Shown: positions 39,801 through 52,938 of the stretch, in pieces
Layout: each line of letters begins with the position of its first letter
Numbering within the stretch: position 1 is the stretch's first letter
Source: Nitrospirales bacterium
GTDB taxonomy: Bacteria; Nitrospirota; Nitrospiria; Nitrospirales; UBA8639
Assembly: GCA_963422365.1 (NCBI GenBank)
Contig: OY729426.1
Location: 1,504,001-1,568,000, forward strand
Reading direction: 5' to 3'
Length of the DNA stretch: 64,000 nt
The notes under the pieces: generated by a model
The model's database searches: none
Seen by the model: only the letters and a program-made list of their open reading frames with translations
Told to the model about the DNA's origin: nothing
Program-made: the position numbers and the translations under genes

Positions 39801-40859
39801 AATTATCAGGATGAACTCCACATCATCGAGGATGAGCGGACTAAAAAAATTCGGAAACTTCTCCTCGGGCAAGTGGTGGGCCGTGACTTGATGGATCCCG
39901 AAAGCGGCGAGGTCCTTTTAAAGAAAAAAGGAAAAATCACGACGGATGTCTTGCGGAAACTTCCTGATGATGACGTACGTCACGTGACGTTAGGTGACGC
40001 GGAAGAGCAACGCAAGCTTGAGGATATTGAGCGGGCGGTCAAGGATCAAATTGAGAGTCTGCAAACCTTCTATGACGAAAAGGTCGGTCGACTTCGGCGT
40101 GGTGACGAGTTGCCCCCGGGCGTCATCAAGTTAGTGAAAGTCTATCTTGCGATTAAGCGGAAAATTTCCGTTGGGGATAAGATGGCCGGACGTCATGGAA
40201 ACAAGGGCGTGGTCTCTCGGATTCTTCCCGAAGAAGACATGCCCTATTTGCCTGATGGGACTCCGATCGAAGTCGTGCTCAATCCGCTTGGGGTTCCGTC
40301 ACGGATGAATGTCGGACAGATTTTGGAAACGCATTTAGGGTGGTCCGCCAGGGCCTTGGGGATCTATGCCGCCAGTCCTGTATTTGATGGAGCGACGGAG
40401 GCGGAGATTAAAGAATTATTAAAGGAAGCGGGATTGCCGGAAAACGGTCAATCGGTGGTGTATGACGGTCGTACTGGTGAGTCGTTTAAAAGTCCGGTGA
40501 CGGTTGGCTATGTCTATATGATGAAGTTGCACCACTTGGTCGATGATAAGATTCATGCCCGATCCATTGGCCCATATTCGTTGGTGACGCAGCAACCACT
40601 GGGTGGAAAGGCCCAGTTCGGCGGTCAGCGTTTGGGCGAAATGGAAGTATGGGCCCTTCAGGCCTATGGAGCGGCCTCCACGCTTCAAGAGTTTTTGACC
40701 GTGAAGTCCGATGACGTGCCGGGACGGTCGAGAATGTATGAAGCGATTGTCAAGGGAGAAAATTTCTTAGAGCCTGGCTTGCCGGAGTCGTTTAACGTGT
40801 TGGTGAAAGAATTACAAAGCCTGGGGTTGGATGTTGAGTTGATGAAATCTGCCGAGTAA
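36888..40859 (+). CDS. rpoB: RNA polymerase beta subunit
   Basis: [36 protein letters not shown] before ATG 36888. Confidence 0.98.
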   Translation: MPQPPLPGIIKRTDFSKIQSTIDIPDLVEVQKRSYEGFLQKDTDPERRAEKGLQAALMSVFPIADFNSSAILEFSSYSLGTPKYDMRECLEQGMTLAAPLKLRIRLVVFDPQEKGVKNSKVLDVREQEVYVGELPLMTDRGTFIINGTERVVVSQLHRSPGASFSHDKGRTHSSGKVLFSARIIPYRGSWLDFEFDARDILYVRIDRRRKMPATILLKAFGSSTDDVLKMYYPIEDIRVSDGKLMRKVDPELHVGLRSSVEVFEGDGKDLIVREGTRLTKSLMAKVLAAGVKEIQVKPEELVGRAVLTEILDVEKGEVLVEKNQRLTLPMIERLLALKPFSFKVIYLDSAAATPIILDTLDAERTNSQKEAWVEIYKRLRPGEMPSVDSAKLLFENLFVNPKRYDLSPVGRLKMNNRFSLDLPLLQRVLTSQDVVEVIRCLVELKMGKGDVDDIDHLGNRRVRTVGELLENQIRLGLARMERSIKERMNLLDMETVLPHDLINAKPIVAAIKEFFAGSQLSQFMDQTNPLAEITHKRRLSALGPGGLTRERAGFEVRDVHPSHYSRICPIETPEGPNIGLITSLATYARINEFGFIEAPFRKVQKGRVLRDVEFLSPLEGERYVIAQANSQVDSAGRLLSDSVTARSEGEFISTTPDRVDYVDVSPKQVVSVATALIPFLEHDDANRALMGSNMQRQAVPLVQSESPLVGTGMEAVVARDSGYVEQARRDGVVESVDARRIVVRTELGKLDEGKKKAGRFWDTYDLVKFQRTNQNTCVTQTPIVKVGQPVKKGQVLADGPAIDRGELALGKNILVGFMPWGGYNFEDAILLSERLVREDTFTSIHIEEFEVEARDTKLGKEEITRDIPNLGEEALRNLDESGIVRIGAEVKAGDILVGKVTPKGETQLTPEEKLLRAIFGEKAGDVKDTSLQVPPGIEGIVVDVKIFSRKGIDKDERSKNIESQDRVKIERNYQDELHIIEDERTKKIRKLLLGQVVGRDLMDPESGEVLLKKKGKITTDVLRKLPDDDVRHVTLGDAEEQRKLEDIERAVKDQIESLQTFYDEKVGRLRRGDELPPGVIKLVKVYLAIKRKISVGDKMAGRHGNKGVVSRILPEEDMPYLPDGTPIEVVLNPLGVPSRMNVGQILETHLGWSARALGIYAASPVFDGATEAEIKELLKEAGLPENGQSVVYDGRTGESFKSPVTVGYVYMMKLHHLVDDKIHARSIGPYSLVTQQPLGGKAQFGGQRLGEMEVWALQAYGAASTLQEFLTVKSDDVPGRSRMYEAIVKGENFLEPGLPESFNVLVKELQSLGLDVELMKSAE

Positions 40860-40920
40860 CTCAGTCATATGCCACTCATGTCACGAGTGCTTCTCAGTTT
40901 CTTGAGAGGAGGTTAGAGCC

Positions 40921-43900
40921 TTGGAAAGCGTCTATGCTCTGTTTGAAAGACCGCGCGATGCGATGTCCTTCGATGCCATGTGTATTCGAATTGCGTCGCC
41001 AGAAAAAATTCGTTCGTGGTCGTATGGAGAAGTCAAAAAACCGGAAACGATCAATTATCGGTCCTTTAAGCCGGAAAAAGATGGATTGTTTTGTGCGAAA
41101 ATTTTTGGACCGACCAAAGATTGGGAGTGTAATTGCGGAAAATACAAGCGAATGAAGCATCGCGGTATTGTCTGCGACAAGTGCGGAGTCGAGGTCATTC
41201 AATCGAAAGTGCGGCGGGAGCGTATGGGACATATTGAGTTGGCCGCGCCCGTTGCTCACATCTGGTTTTTAAAAGGGGTGCCGAGTCGGATTGGGATCCT
41301 TTTGGATATGAGTCTCAAGCAACTGGAAAAGATTCTCTATTTTGAGGCGTATGTCGTCATTGACCCCCTGGAGACCCCGCTCAAGGAAAAAGATCTGCTC
41401 ACGGAAGAAAAATACCGTGAATGTGTGGATCAGTACGGACCACAGGCCTTTCGTGTCGGCATTGGGGCTGAAGCCATTCGTGAATTGCTGAGAACAGTTG
41501 AGATCGAAGCCCTGTGGGCTGAGCGCCATGAGAAGGTCAGAGTCACGACCTCTGCGGCATTGAGCAAGAAGATTACGAAACGCCTGAAAGTCATCGAGGC
41601 TTTTCATAAGTCAGGCAATAACCCGGAATGGATGATTCTGGACGTCATCCCGGTTCTTCCGCCTGAGCTGAGGCCGCTGGTGCCGTTGGATGGCGGGCGT
41701 TTTGCCACGTCGGACTTAAACGATCTTTATCGACGAGTGATCAATCGCAATAACCGGTTGAAGCGGTTAATGGAATTGAAGGCGCCCGGCGTGATTGTTC
41801 GCAATGAAATGAGAATGTTGCAGGAAGCCGTGGATGCACTTTTTGATAATGGTCGACGAGGGCGGACGATTCGTGGGGCCAATAAGCGACCCTTGAAGTC
41901 CCTCAGTGATATGCTTAAAGGCAAGCAGGGCCGGTTTCGTCAAAATCTCTTGGGAAAACGGGTTGACTACTCGGGTCGTTCGGTGATTGTGGTTGGGCCG
42001 GAACTGAAATTGAATCAATGCGGGTTGCCCAAGAAAATGGCTTTGGAATTATTTAAGCCGTTTATCTTCCACAAGTTGGAAGAGCGTGGAGCGGCGACCA
42101 CCATCAAAAGTGCGAAACGCCTTGTGGAAAAGGAGCGTCCCGAAGTCTGGGATGTGTTGGACGAAGTGATTCGAGAGCACCCGGTTATTCTGAATCGAGC
42201 CCCTACGCTCCATCGTTTGGGCATGCAGGCGTTTGATCCCGTGCTGGTCGAAGGCAAGGCCATTCGCTTGCATCCCTTAGTGTGCGCGGCGTTTAACGCG
42301 GACTTCGATGGTGACCAGATGGCGGTTCACGTTCCGCTGTCGGTTGAGGCGCAAATCGAAGCTCGCGTCTTGATCATGTCCATCAATAACGTCTTGTCGC
42401 CAGCGAATGGCCGCCCACTTGCTGTTCCCTCTCAGGACATGGTGTTGGGTTGTTATTGGTTGACTCAGGAGCGACCGGGAGCGATGGGTGAAGGGAAGAT
42501 GTTGTATTCACCCGAGGAAGTGCGAATTGCCTATGATGCCGGCCAACTGGACGAACAAGCTAAGGTCAAAGTGCGAATTGAAGGGGTCTTAGTCGAAACG
42601 ACCGTCGGTCGCGTGCTGTTTGGGGAAATCCTTCCTGCCTCCATAGAATTTTCACACGTCAATCAAGTCATGACCAAGAAGGAAATGACGAAACTGATCG
42701 ATGCGGTCTATCGTGAAGTCGGGGTGCACGAAACGGTCAGGATGCTCGATAAGCTGAAGGATCTTGGTTTTTACTACGCCACCAAAGCCGGGGTCTCTCT
42801 CTGCATTGACAATATGCATATCCCGACCCAAAAGGAGGTGCTACTGGATAACGCGCAAAAGGAAGTGTCCGAGGTTGAGCGTCAATACAGTGAGGGGCTT
42901 ATCACGAACGGTGAGCGCTACAACAAGGTCATTGATATCTGGGCCCATGTGAGTGAACGGGTTGCCACTGAGATGATGAAGGAAATTAAAGCCGGTGGCG
43001 GGCAAGGACCGGATGATACCTTGAATCCCATCTTTATGATGGCTGATTCCGGCGCGCGAGGGAGTTCACAGCAAATTCGGCAGTTGGGTGGGATGCGGGG
43101 CTTGATGGCGAAGCCGTCTGGTGAAATTATTGAGACCCCCATCACCGCCAACTTCCGGGAAGGGCTCACGGTACTCCAATATTTCATCTCGACACACGGG
43201 GCGCGCAAAGGGTTGGCTGACACGGCTCTCAAAACGGCAAACTCTGGGTACCTCACGAGGCGGCTGGTGGATATTTCACAGGATGTCATCGTGAGTGAAG
43301 AAGATTGCAAGACGGCCGATGGGATTGATGTCTCTGCCTTGGTCGAAGGTGGAGAAGTGATTCAGCCGATTGAAGAACGGATTTTAGGCCGTATTGTGGC
43401 GGAAGATATTCTTGATCCTTTAACCGGTGACGTTGTGGTGGCGGGGAATGAAGAGCTAGATGAAGCGCGCGTGAAGGCCGTGGTTGAAGCAGGCATCGGA
43501 CATGTCCGCATCCGATCGGTGTTGACCTGTCAATCCCGGTGGGGCGTGTGCGTGAAGTGTTACGGTCGGGATTTAGCCAGGGGAAAGTTGGTCGAACTGG
43601 GCGAGCCTGTGGGGGTGACTGCGGCGCAGTCTATCGGGGAGCCCGGTACGCAGTTAACCATGCGGACCTTCCACATTGGAGGGACGGCCAGTAAAGTCGT
43701 GGAACAAAGCGTGGTCGAGTCTCGACACGATGGGGTCTTGAGATACCTCAGTTTTGATGCCAAGAAAAATGCAGATTTTCATAATCGTCACACGGCGGTT
43801 CAGAATAAGCAGGGCGAATGGGTGGTCATGAATCGAAACGCGAAGATTGCCGTCTATGATGACTCCGGACGAGAGCGGGAAAAGTATCCGGTTGTCTCTG

Positions 43901-45099
43901 GTGCGAAAATTATCGTGAAAGATGGTGGTCGGGTGACGGTGGGACAGAAACTTGTGGAATGGGACCCGTATTCGTTGACCATTCTGACGGAAGTGGGTGG
44001 GAAAATTGCCTATGGAGATATCTCCGAAGGTGTTACCATGAAAGAAGAGGTCGACGAAATCACCGGCCTGTCCCGCAAGGTGGTCATTGAGCAAGCGGGC
44101 ACCAATCTTCGTCCACGAATTTCGATCAAAGACGAGGGTGGCAAGACGGCGAAATTGCCAGGTTCTGGATCTCAGGCTCGCTATCTCCTCCCTGTGGGTG
44201 CGCATATTTTCGTGGAAAAAGGAGCGATCGTGTATTCAGGAGATGTCTTGGCGAAAATCCCTCGAGAAACTACGAAGACCAAAGACATTACGGGTGGCCT
44301 GCCAAGGGTGGCAGAGTTGTTTGAGGCGAGAAAGCCCAAGGAGCAAGCAGTGATTAGTGAAATCGACGGGGAGGTTTCCTTTGGGGGATTTGTCAAAGGG
44401 ATGAGGAAGATCGTCGTCGATAACACGATGGGAGACATGAAGGAATATTTCATTCCTCGAGGAAAGCACGTCAATGTGCATGAAGGGGATTGGGTGCGCG
44501 CCGGTGAACCTCTCATGGATGGCTCGGCAAATCCCCATGATATTCTGAATGTATTGGGTCCCCGAGAACTGCAGCGCTACTTGGTGAATCAGGTTCAAGA
44601 AGTGTATCGATTGCAGGGGGTGTGGATTAATGACAAGCATATTGAAATTATTGCGAGGCAGATGTTGAAGAAAGTTCGCATTGAAGACCCTGGAGATACC
44701 AACTTTTTGCCAGGGGCCCAAGTTGGGAAATTTGCTTTCACCGATGAAAATCAACGGGTCCTTGCCGATGGGGGGGGGGCTGCTATCGGCAAGCCGGTGT
44801 TGTTGGGTATTACCAAGGCTTCACTGAATACAGACAGCTTTATTTCTGGGGCTTCGTTCCAAGAGACGACACGAGTGCTCACTGAAGCCGCCATCAATGG
44901 GCGGGTTGATGACCTGCGAGGGCTCAAGGAAAACGTCATTGTGGGACGCCTGATCCCTGCGGGAACGGGATTTTTCCACTACCGCGAAACGTTTGTGCCA
45001 GCCGCGGATCAAGCGTTCTTTATTGAGTCAGGTAGGTATGATGAGGAGGATGGATTAGCCGTGACGCAAGGGAACGAGTTGCAGACGCAATCCACGTAA
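40921..45099 (+). CDS. rpoC: RNA polymerase beta' subunit
   Basis: NADFDGD catalytic motif, Zn-binding Cys motifs; TTG start after GGAGG. Confidence 0.98.
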   Translation: MESVYALFERPRDAMSFDAMCIRIASPEKIRSWSYGEVKKPETINYRSFKPEKDGLFCAKIFGPTKDWECNCGKYKRMKHRGIVCDKCGVEVIQSKVRRERMGHIELAAPVAHIWFLKGVPSRIGILLDMSLKQLEKILYFEAYVVIDPLETPLKEKDLLTEEKYRECVDQYGPQAFRVGIGAEAIRELLRTVEIEALWAERHEKVRVTTSAALSKKITKRLKVIEAFHKSGNNPEWMILDVIPVLPPELRPLVPLDGGRFATSDLNDLYRRVINRNNRLKRLMELKAPGVIVRNEMRMLQEAVDALFDNGRRGRTIRGANKRPLKSLSDMLKGKQGRFRQNLLGKRVDYSGRSVIVVGPELKLNQCGLPKKMALELFKPFIFHKLEERGAATTIKSAKRLVEKERPEVWDVLDEVIREHPVILNRAPTLHRLGMQAFDPVLVEGKAIRLHPLVCAAFNADFDGDQMAVHVPLSVEAQIEARVLIMSINNVLSPANGRPLAVPSQDMVLGCYWLTQERPGAMGEGKMLYSPEEVRIAYDAGQLDEQAKVKVRIEGVLVETTVGRVLFGEILPASIEFSHVNQVMTKKEMTKLIDAVYREVGVHETVRMLDKLKDLGFYYATKAGVSLCIDNMHIPTQKEVLLDNAQKEVSEVERQYSEGLITNGERYNKVIDIWAHVSERVATEMMKEIKAGGGQGPDDTLNPIFMMADSGARGSSQQIRQLGGMRGLMAKPSGEIIETPITANFREGLTVLQYFISTHGARKGLADTALKTANSGYLTRRLVDISQDVIVSEEDCKTADGIDVSALVEGGEVIQPIEERILGRIVAEDILDPLTGDVVVAGNEELDEARVKAVVEAGIGHVRIRSVLTCQSRWGVCVKCYGRDLARGKLVELGEPVGVTAAQSIGEPGTQLTMRTFHIGGTASKVVEQSVVESRHDGVLRYLSFDAKKNADFHNRHTAVQNKQGEWVVMNRNAKIAVYDDSGREREKYPVVSGAKIIVKDGGRVTVGQKLVEWDPYSLTILTEVGGKIAYGDISEGVTMKEEVDEITGLSRKVVIEQAGTNLRPRISIKDEGGKTAKLPGSGSQARYLLPVGAHIFVEKGAIVYSGDVLAKIPRETTKTKDITGGLPRVAELFEARKPKEQAVISEIDGEVSFGGFVKGMRKIVVDNTMGDMKEYFIPRGKHVNVHEGDWVRAGEPLMDGSANPHDILNVLGPRELQRYLVNQVQEVYRLQGVWINDKHIEIIARQMLKKVRIEDPGDTNFLPGAQVGKFAFTDENQRVLADGGGAAIGKPVLLGITKASLNTDSFISGASFQETTRVLTEAAINGRVDDLRGLKENVIVGRLIPAGTGFFHYRETFVPAADQAFFIESGRYDEEDGLAVTQGNELQTQST

Positions 45100-45117
45100 G
45101 GCGTGGAGTGTTTTATC

Positions 45118-45146
45118 TTGACACGTTGATATTGCATCACTATAAT
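45118..45146 (+). promoter_or_regulatory. Consensus sigma70 promoter of the str operon
   Basis: TTGACA-N17-TATAAT, perfect consensus. Confidence 0.88.
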
Positions 45147-45202
45147 CGAAAGGTTGCCCAACAGATTCATTCCAACGATATACTTGAAGGAAAGATCGTG
45201 AC

Positions 45203-45574
45203 ATGCCAACGGTGAATCAGCTCATCAGAAAAGGCCGCAAGGCCCCAAAAGCCAAAAGTAAAAGCCCTGCGCTTAATCGATGCCCGCAGCGACGGGGTGT
45301 CTGTTTGCGCGTCTATACCACAACTCCGAAAAAACCGAATTCTGCGTTGCGGAAAGTGGCACGTGTGCGTTTGACCACAGGCGTTGAGGTGACAACCTAC
45401 ATCCCGGGCATGGGGCATAACTTGCAAGAACATTCCATTGTGCTCGTGCGTGGTGGTCGGGTGAAGGACTTGCCTGGCGTGCGTTATCATTTGGTCCGAG
45501 GCGCACTTGATGCGGTAGGCGTGGCGAATCGGAAGCAGGGTCGTTCCAAATACGGAGCCAAACGACCGAAATAG
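45203..45574 (+). CDS. rpsL: 30S ribosomal protein S12
   Basis: [18 protein letters not shown]. Confidence 0.98.
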   Translation: MPTVNQLIRKGRKAPKAKSKSPALNRCPQRRGVCLRVYTTTPKKPNSALRKVARVRLTTGVEVTTYIPGMGHNLQEHSIVLVRGGRVKDLPGVRYHLVRGALDAVGVANRKQGRSKYGAKRPK

Positions 45575-45615
45575 TCAGGATAATGTGTTTGCTGTGGGGA
45601 AGGTAGTTTTACAAT

Positions 45616-46086
45616 ATGTCTCGTAGTCAGAGTGCCGTCACAAGAACTCCCGCTGCTGATCCCAAATATCGTGATCACCTTGTGGGGAAGTTTATCAATA
45701 TTCTTATGGCGCGAGGGAAAAAGAGTACAGCCCAACGTGTGTGTTATGGGGCGTTCGATGCCATTCAAAATAAGACTGGCAGTGATCCTTTGAAAGTATT
45801 TCATTCTGCGCTTGGCAATGTAAAGCCAATGGTGGAAGTGAAATCGAGACGGGTGGGCGGTGCGTCGTACCAGGTCCCCGTTGAAATCCGGCCAGTCAGG
45901 CAAGTTGCCTTGGCCTTTCGATGGATTAAGTCCAGTGCTCAGTCTCGAACGGGAAAAAGTATGCAAGACAAGCTTGCTGCCGAGCTGCTTGATGCAGCCA
46001 ATAATACAGGGGTTGCGGTCAAGAAACGAGATGAGACGCACAGAATGGCCGAGGCTAATCGTGCGTTTGCCCATTACCGTTGGTAG
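45616..46086 (+). CDS. rpsG: 30S ribosomal protein S7
   Basis: RVGGASYQVP, MAEANRAFAHYRW. Confidence 0.98.
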   Translation: MSRSQSAVTRTPAADPKYRDHLVGKFINILMARGKKSTAQRVCYGAFDAIQNKTGSDPLKVFHSALGNVKPMVEVKSRRVGGASYQVPVEIRPVRQVALAFRWIKSSAQSRTGKSMQDKLAAELLDAANNTGVAVKKRDETHRMAEANRAFAHYRW

Positions 46087-46198
46087 CGGTCTCTTGTTGC
46101 TGTAGTGGAACCACCCTCCACGTGTAGTGTTATTTTTTTCTCAATCTGTGTTCGGATTGGGTGTCTGGATTTTTGCTGTAGCCCGGTGTGGAGGAGTG

Positions 46199-48280
46199 AT
46201 GCCTAGGGAATATCAATTGGAGCGTACTCGGAATATCGGCATCATGGCCCATATTGATGCAGGGAAAACCACGACGACCGAGCGCATCCTTTTTTATACT
46301 GGTGTCTCTCACCGAATGGGTGAGGTGCATGAAGGTGCGGCTCAAATGGATTGGATGGAGCAGGAGCGGGAACGGGGTATTACGATTACTTCTGCGGCGA
46401 CCACCTGTTTCTGGAAGGATCATCGCATTAATATTATCGATACGCCTGGGCATGTGGATTTTACGGTTGAAGTCGAGCGATCCCTTCGCGTGTTGGACGG
46501 AGCCGTGGCAGTTTTTGACTCGGTACAGGGAGTCGAGCCGCAATCAGAAACGGTCTGGCGTCAGGCCGATAAATATCGAGTCCCTCGAATTGCCTTTCTT
46601 AATAAAATGGATCGGGTGGGTGCAGATTTTTCAGGGAGCATTCAAAGTATTATTGATCGTTTGGAAGCCAATCCCGTTCCGGTCCAGTTGCCAATCGGAA
46701 AAGAGGCTGATTTTCGAGGGGTCATTGATCTTGTCTCGATGAAGTCCTACCTCTTTAATGATGAAACGTTGGGCTCGAGTTTTGTGATCGAAGATGTTGC
46801 GCCGGATCTTCTGCCGATGGCTCGATCCTATCGAGATAAAATGGTAGAGGCTGTTGCTGAATTTGATGAGATGGTGCTTGAACAATATCTAAATGGCGAT
46901 CTGCTGAAACCGGATGACATCAAGCGTGCTGTGCGCGCTGGGACCAATCAAATGCAAATCACGCCGGTCTTATGTGGTTCGGCGTTTAAGAATAAAGGGG
47001 TGCAGCCGTTACTAGATGCTGTGGTGGATTTTCTGCCTTCGCCTTTAGATGTTCCAGAAGTAGAAGGGGTTGATCCGGCTAGTGGCACGAAAATGAACAG
47101 TCTGGCCAGTGATGAAGAGCCGTTTTCTGCGTTAGCCTTCAAGATCATGACCGATCCCTTTGCCGGACAACTCACGTATTTTCGTGTTTATTCCGGGAAA
47201 CTGGGAACGGGCTCGTATGTATATAACGTCACCCAGGGTAAACGAGAACGGATCGGGCGTTTACTTAAAATGCATGCGAATAAGCGTGAAGATATTGATA
47301 CGGTGTATGCCGGAGATATTGCTGCTGCGGTCGGGATGAGGGGCGCGAGAACGGGTGATACCTTAGCGCATGAAAAGCATCAAATATTGTTGGAGGTTAT
47401 TAAATTTCCAGAGCCCGTGATTTCTATGGCGGTTGAACCAAAGACCAAGCAGGATCTTGAAAAGCTTGGTTTTTCTTTGGACAAGCTGTCGCAGGAAGAT
47501 CCGTCCTTTCATGTTCGAACCGATGAGGAGACTGGGCAAACGATCATTTCTGGAATGGGGGAGTTGCATCTGGAAATTATTGTTGATCGTCTGGTCAGGG
47601 AATTTAAGGTTCAGGCGAATGTCGGGAAGCCTGAGGTTGCCTATCGCGAAACGATTCGCGGCAAAGGTGAGGCCGAAGGGAAATATATCAAGCAATCTGG
47701 TGGGCGAGGGCAATATGGGCATGTGGTGTTGCGCGTCGAACCGTCTGAGCCTGGGGTGGGGCTTGAGTTTGTCAATAAGATCGTTGGCGGCATTATTCCC
47801 CGTGAATATATCCCTGCGGTGGAAAAAGGGGTGCGGGAGCGAATGGAGTCCGGCGTGGTGGCAGGGTATGCCATGCGGGATGTTCGGGTGACGTTATTTG
47901 ATGGTTCCTTTCATGAGGTCGATTCGAGTGAAATGGGATTTAAAATCGCGGCGTCGATGGCCTTTGAGGTGGCCTGTCGCAAAGCCAGCCCGATCCTGCT
48001 TGAGCCGGTGATGAAGGTGGAAGTTCTCGTTCCTCAGGACTTTGTAGGTGATGTGATTGGGGATTTGAATTCCCGACGAGGAAAGGTGCAAGGAATCAAG
48101 GCGAGGGGCGGCTCTCAGGCCGTTGATGCCACGGTCCCCCTTGGGGAAATGTTCGGGTATGCCACGAGCCTGCGATCGAAGACGCAGGGGCGTGCAACCT
48201 ATTCAATGGAATTTGCGCAATACGAACCGGTTCCCAGGCAACTGGCCGATCAGATTGTCAGTAAGCAACGTGGAGAATAA
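46199..48280 (+). CDS. fusA: Elongation factor G
   Basis: [26 protein letters not shown]. Confidence 0.98.
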   Translation: MPREYQLERTRNIGIMAHIDAGKTTTTERILFYTGVSHRMGEVHEGAAQMDWMEQERERGITITSAATTCFWKDHRINIIDTPGHVDFTVEVERSLRVLDGAVAVFDSVQGVEPQSETVWRQADKYRVPRIAFLNKMDRVGADFSGSIQSIIDRLEANPVPVQLPIGKEADFRGVIDLVSMKSYLFNDETLGSSFVIEDVAPDLLPMARSYRDKMVEAVAEFDEMVLEQYLNGDLLKPDDIKRAVRAGTNQMQITPVLCGSAFKNKGVQPLLDAVVDFLPSPLDVPEVEGVDPASGTKMNSLASDEEPFSALAFKIMTDPFAGQLTYFRVYSGKLGTGSYVYNVTQGKRERIGRLLKMHANKREDIDTVYAGDIAAAVGMRGARTGDTLAHEKHQILLEVIKFPEPVISMAVEPKTKQDLEKLGFSLDKLSQEDPSFHVRTDEETGQTIISGMGELHLEIIVDRLVREFKVQANVGKPEVAYRETIRGKGEAEGKYIKQSGGRGQYGHVVLRVEPSEPGVGLEFVNKIVGGIIPREYIPAVEKGVRERMESGVVAGYAMRDVRVTLFDGSFHEVDSSEMGFKIAASMAFEVACRKASPILLEPVMKVEVLVPQDFVGDVIGDLNSRRGKVQGIKARGGSQAVDATVPLGEMFGYATSLRSKTQGRATYSMEFAQYEPVPRQLADQIVSKQRGE

Positions 48281-48381
48281 CGTTGCAGCTTTTTGGAAAG
48301 GCAAGAATGCGACATGACTTTACTCGTTTCTTTCTCGTATAGCCTCAAGCGATTCTCAATCGAAGAGTGAGGAGGGGGCAG

Positions 48382-49587
48382 ATGGCGAAGGCGAAATTTA
48401 ATCGGAAGAAGCCGCATGTCAACGTGGGGACGATCGGGCATGTGGATCATGGGAAGACGACGTTAACCTCGGCGCTGACGAAGGTGATGGGGCAGGAGGG
48501 GAAGGCGACGTTTGTCAGCTATGACGAGGTAGCGAAGGCGAGTGAGTCACAGGGGCGGCGGGATCCGACGAAGATTTTGACGATTGCGATTTCGCATGTG
48601 GAGTATGAGACGGACCAGCGGCATTACGCGCATGTGGACTGTCCGGGGCATGCGGATTACGTGAAGAACATGATTACGGGGGCGGCGCAGATGGACGGGG
48701 CGATTCTGGTGGTCTCGGCGGCGGATGGGCCAATGCCGCAGACGCGGGAGCATATTCTGTTAGCGCGGCAGGTAGGGGTGCCCTACATGGTGGTGTTTTT
48801 GAACAAAGCGGACAAAGTCGAGGATCCGGAATTGTTGGAGTTAGTGGAATTAGAGGTTCGGGAGTTGTTAGCGAAGTACCAATTTCCGGGGGACGAGATT
48901 CCGATTATTGTGGGATCGGCGACGAAGGCGCTGGAGGGGGATGGCAGTGCCGTGGGGGTGCCGTCGATCAAGAAGTTGCTGGAGGAGGTGGATGCCTACG
49001 TTCCGACGCCGGCGCGGGCGATTGACAAACCGTTTTTGATGCCGATTGAGGATGTGTTCACGATCAGTGGGCGGGGGACGGTGGTGACAGGGCGCGTGGA
49101 ACGGGGGCAAGTGAAAGTGGGCGATGAGATCGAGATTGTGGGGTTAGGGGAGACGCGGAGCACGGTGGTGACGGGCGTAGAGATGTTCCGGAAGGTGTTG
49201 GATGAAGGGCAGGCGGGGGATAATATTGGGGCGTTGTTGCGCGGGACGAAGAAGGATGACGTAGAGCGGGGGATGGTGTTGGCGAAACCGAAGAGCATGA
49301 CGCCGCATACGCGGTTCAAGGCGGAAGTGTATGTATTGACGAAGGAAGAAGGAGGGCGGCATACGCCGTTTTTCAATGGGTATCGGCCACAGTTTTATTT
49401 TCGGACGACGGATGTGACCGGGGTGGTGCAGTTGGTGGAAGGCGTGGAGATGGTGATGCCGGGGGACAATACGACGTTTACGGGGGAATTGATTGCGCCG
49501 ATTGCGATGGAGCAAGGGGTCCGGTTTGCCGTACGAGAAGGAGGGCGAACGGTGGGAGCCGGCGTCGTCACCGACATTCTCGCCTGA
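48382..49587 (+). CDS. tuf: Elongation factor Tu (copy 2)
   Basis: Same protein as 32301-33506. Confidence 0.98.
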   Translation: MAKAKFNRKKPHVNVGTIGHVDHGKTTLTSALTKVMGQEGKATFVSYDEVAKASESQGRRDPTKILTIAISHVEYETDQRHYAHVDCPGHADYVKNMITGAAQMDGAILVVSAADGPMPQTREHILLARQVGVPYMVVFLNKADKVEDPELLELVELEVRELLAKYQFPGDEIPIIVGSATKALEGDGSAVGVPSIKKLLEEVDAYVPTPARAIDKPFLMPIEDVFTISGRGTVVTGRVERGQVKVGDEIEIVGLGETRSTVVTGVEMFRKVLDEGQAGDNIGALLRGTKKDDVERGMVLAKPKSMTPHTRFKAEVYVLTKEEGGRHTPFFNGYRPQFYFRTTDVTGVVQLVEGVEMVMPGDNTTFTGELIAPIAMEQGVRFAVREGGRTVGAGVVTDILA

Positions 49588-49599
49588 GGAAGGAATCTA

Positions 49600-49917
49600 G
49601 TGGTGGTAGGTGTGGATCAGCGTATTCGTATCCGATTGAAGGCCTTTGATTATCGAATCCTTGATCAATCGGCAAGGGAAATTGTGGATACCGTCAAGCA
49701 AACGGGTGCGCGCGTTGCTGGACCTATTCCGCTTCCCACTCGTATTGAAAAGTTTACCATTCAGCGGTCTACTCATGCGGATAAGAAATCCCGTGAACAG
49801 TTTGAAATCCGAACCCATAAACGCTTGTTGGATATTCTTGAGCCCACCCCGGAAACAATGGATGCACTCATGAAATTAAATCTGGCTGCCGGGGTGGATG
49901 TGGAGATCAAGCTGTAG
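49600..49917 (+). CDS. rpsJ: 30S ribosomal protein S10
   Basis: [22 protein letters not shown]. Confidence 0.97.
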   Translation: MVVGVDQRIRIRLKAFDYRILDQSAREIVDTVKQTGARVAGPIPLPTRIEKFTIQRSTHADKKSREQFEIRTHKRLLDILEPTPETMDALMKLNLAAGVDVEIKL

Positions 49918-49957
49918 TGTGACGTCATCGTAAAGGATTGGCTTGTAAGGGTGCTGC

Positions 49958-50581
49958 ATGGTTAGTGGGTTAATAGGGAAAAAATTAGGAATGACGCAGA
50001 TTTACGACGAAAATCGTCGTCTCCATCCCGTGACGGTTATTGCAGCGGGTCCTTGTCTGGTCACGGCCGTTAAGACCAAAAATCATCATGGCTATGATGC
50101 GGTGCAGCTTGGTTATTCGGAAGTTCAGGAGCGGAAGCTCTCCAAAGCCCAGGTGGGACATCTTCGTTCTTCCGGGCAAGAGAAGCTTTTTAGGTATTTA
50201 CGAGAGTTTCGCGGTGTGCCGGATCATCAGGTGGGGGACGCCGTGACGGTTCACCTTTTTGAAAAAGGCGAAGTGGTTCATGTGCAGGGGACCTCAAAGG
50301 GAAAAGGGTTTCAGGGGGTCATGAAGCGGCACAATTTCTCTGGTGGTCCAGCCAGTCATGGTTCGATGTTTCATCGTGCGCCGGGGTCGATCGGCAGTAG
50401 TTCGTATCCCTCTCGCGTTTGGAAAAATCAGGCTCTTCCTGGGCAAATGGGGAATGAGCGGGTCACGGTGAAAGGATTGACCGTCATCGAAATTCGACCG
50501 GAAGAAAATCTGGTCCTCATCGCAGGAGCCGTTCCTGGTCCTGTGGGAGGGCTGGTCCTCATCCGGAAGGCAGGAGGATAA
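49958..50581 (+). CDS. rplC: 50S ribosomal protein L3
   Basis: [23 protein letters not shown]. Confidence 0.97.
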   Translation: MVSGLIGKKLGMTQIYDENRRLHPVTVIAAGPCLVTAVKTKNHHGYDAVQLGYSEVQERKLSKAQVGHLRSSGQEKLFRYLREFRGVPDHQVGDAVTVHLFEKGEVVHVQGTSKGKGFQGVMKRHNFSGGPASHGSMFHRAPGSIGSSSYPSRVWKNQALPGQMGNERVTVKGLTVIEIRPEENLVLIAGAVPGPVGGLVLIRKAGG

Positions 50582-50589
50582 CCAGTCGC

Positions 50590-51213
50590 ATGGCCTTCAT
50601 GGAAGTCGTGGACCAACACCACAAGGTTGTGGGGACCGTTGAGGTGAACGAGATCGTGTTTGGGGCTCAGCCTCATGGCGTTCTTCTGCATTCCGCAGTG
50701 GTGATGCAGCGTGCCTCGCTCCGACAAGGGACTGCAAGTACGAAGGGCCGGAGTGAGGTGAGTGGAACGGGGAGAAAACCGTGGAAGCAAAAGCATACGG
50801 GGCGGGCTCGATCGGGTTCGAATCGATCTCCGGTATGGCGACATGGCGGAACAGTCTTTGGGCCTCGGCCACGAAAGTATGGTTCTTCTATGTCGAAAAA
50901 AATGTATCGAAAGGCCATGCAGAGTGCCCTTTCTTCTAAGAAGGCAGCCGGAGAGTTGGTGATTCTTGCCGATCTCTCCCTTCCGGAACCAAAAACCAAA
51001 TTGATGGCAGAGACGGTGAGGCAATTAGGGGCAACCGGCACGGTGCTTTTCGTGGTGGGAAAAGACAACCGCGCCGTCTTTAGCGCGACGCGGAATTTGG
51101 CTCGAGTGAAAGCCGTCTCACCACAAGAACTCACGGTTTACGATGTGCTTCGATACGAGACGCTCGTGGTGTTGAAGGGCGAATTGGCAAGCGTTCAGGA
51201 GTTGTGGGCATGA
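50590..51213 (+). CDS. rplD: 50S ribosomal protein L4
   Basis: RQGTASTK.RSEV, KPWKQKHTGRAR. Confidence 0.97.
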   Translation: MAFMEVVDQHHKVVGTVEVNEIVFGAQPHGVLLHSAVVMQRASLRQGTASTKGRSEVSGTGRKPWKQKHTGRARSGSNRSPVWRHGGTVFGPRPRKYGSSMSKKMYRKAMQSALSSKKAAGELVILADLSLPEPKTKLMAETVRQLGATGTVLFVVGKDNRAVFSATRNLARVKAVSPQELTVYDVLRYETLVVLKGELASVQELWA

Positions 51214-51503
51214 AACGTGACCCGTTTGACGTCTTAGTGAAGCCGTTGTTGACCGAGAAAATCACGGGGCTTCAGGAATCCGCGAACCGCATCGCCTTTG
51301 TCGTGCAAAATGATGCAAATCGGATCGAGGTTCGTCAGGCGGTGGAGTTGGTTCTCAAAGTAAAAGTGAAGTCTGTGAATATCATGAAGGTCATGGGCAA
51401 GAAGAAGCGTCAAGGGCGCTTTCTTGGAAAACGGTCGGACTGGAAGAAGGCCATCGTCACGCTTCACGAAGGAGAAAGGGTGGATTTGTATGAAAGTGCC
51501 TAG
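51210..51503 (+). CDS. rplW: 50S ribosomal protein L23
   Basis: PLLTEK, WKKAIVTL; ATGA overlap with rplD. Confidence 0.96.
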   Translation: MKRDPFDVLVKPLLTEKITGLQESANRIAFVVQNDANRIEVRQAVELVLKVKVKSVNIMKVMGKKKRQGRFLGKRSDWKKAIVTLHEGERVDLYESA

Positions 51504-51773
51504 TAGGACCTTGGGAAAGGCCGTCAGCGTCCTTCTCTCGGCCAGTTGTCGTGCTCACTATTTCCGTTGCACGCTTCGTGGCGCCAACTGGCCGGTGGCC
51601 TTGCTGGATGGGCCATTTTGAAAGTCATGCCGTACAACTGGTGGTTTGAATGTTGCCTGTAGAAGAAACGAGTTCTGTAAATTGTTGAGTTTTTCAATAG
51701 ACTTCTAGTCGGTCGCTTTTGAAAACGTTTCTTTCGCAAAATCTGGAGCTAGAGGAGAGGAAGGTCGCAGACA

Positions 51774-52601
51774 ATGCCGAATAAACCGTATCGTCCGACA
51801 TCGCCTGGGCGTCGAGGCATGACAGTGCTCAAGGACAAGACGCTGTCGAAAGAGCCGCCTGAAAAACGCTTAACCACGGCCATGTCTCGCTCTGGAGGTC
51901 GAAACAACTTTGGTCGCATTACCACCAGATTTCGAGGTGGAGGTCATAAGCGCCTGTATCGAGTCATTGATTTTAAGAGAGATAAAGTTGGCGTGCCTGG
52001 CAAAGTCGTCAGGATAGAATACGATCCCAATCGTTCGGCTCGCATTGCGTTGATTGCGTATGCCGATGGGGAAAAACGGTATATACTTGCTCCCGTTGGG
52101 TTGTCGGTAGGGGATTCCATTCAGGCAGGTCCTGGTTCGGATATTCGTCCTGGAAATGCGCTTTCCTTGTCGTTGATTCCGCTTGGCACCACCATTCATA
52201 ATATTGAACTCAGGCCAGGGAAAGGTGCCCAAGTGGCGCGGAGCGCTGGAGCTTCGTGTCAGGTCATGGGCCGAGAAGGGCAGTATGTTCAGGTCCGCTT
52301 GGTCTCGGGTGAGATGCGTCGGATTCTTGGAACGTGTATGGCGACTGTGGGACAAATTGGGAATCTTGAACACGAGAATGTCACGGTGGGTAAGGCCGGT
52401 CGTTCGAGGTGGATGGGTAAACGTCCTCATGTACGAGGGGTCGTGATGAATCCGGTTGATCATCCTCATGGCGGTGGGGAAGGGAAGTCCGGGCAGGGTA
52501 ACCCCCATCCCGTTTCCCCTTGGGGTGTCCCGACTAAAGGCTTTAAGACTCGGAAGAAGAAATTGTCATCGCAGTTCATTATTTCTCGGCGGACTAAGTA
52601 A
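51774..52601 (+). CDS. rplB: 50S ribosomal protein L2
   Basis: [21 protein letters not shown]. Confidence 0.98.
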   Translation: MPNKPYRPTSPGRRGMTVLKDKTLSKEPPEKRLTTAMSRSGGRNNFGRITTRFRGGGHKRLYRVIDFKRDKVGVPGKVVRIEYDPNRSARIALIAYADGEKRYILAPVGLSVGDSIQAGPGSDIRPGNALSLSLIPLGTTIHNIELRPGKGAQVARSAGASCQVMGREGQYVQVRLVSGEMRRILGTCMATVGQIGNLEHENVTVGKAGRSRWMGKRPHVRGVVMNPVDHPHGGGEGKSGQGNPHPVSPWGVPTKGFKTRKKKLSSQFIISRRTK

Positions 52602-52616
52602 GGAGAGCGAACATCG

Positions 52617-52904
52617 ATGCCGCGTTCAATTCATAAGGGGCCGTTTATCGATTCTCACCTCATGGAAAAGGTGGAAAAGATGAATGCGTCTCCTGACCGG
52701 AGGTTAATTAAAACCTGGTCGCGTCGATCAACGATTATTCCTGAAATGATTGGTCATACTTTTGCTGTGCATAACGGGAAAAAGTTTATTCCAGTCTATG
52801 TGACGGAAAATATGGTTGGGCATAAGCTCGGAGAATTTTCTCCTACCCGGTTTTTTAAGGGCCATGGAGCTGCCAAATCGGAAAAAGCCGTTCCATTGAA
52901 GTAG
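52617..52904 (+). CDS. rpsS: 30S ribosomal protein S19
   Basis: KTWSRRS, GHKLGEF. Confidence 0.97.
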   Translation: MPRSIHKGPFIDSHLMEKVEKMNASPDRRLIKTWSRRSTIIPEMIGHTFAVHNGKKFIPVYVTENMVGHKLGEFSPTRFFKGHGAAKSEKAVPLK

Positions 52905-52938
52905 GGTGGTAAGGGTGAAAAACCAGGAAGGGGACCTC

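Noticed and set aside
36888..45099. Inteins or an rpoB-rpoC fusion
   Set aside because: Normal lengths, separate stop and start codons, no intein motifs
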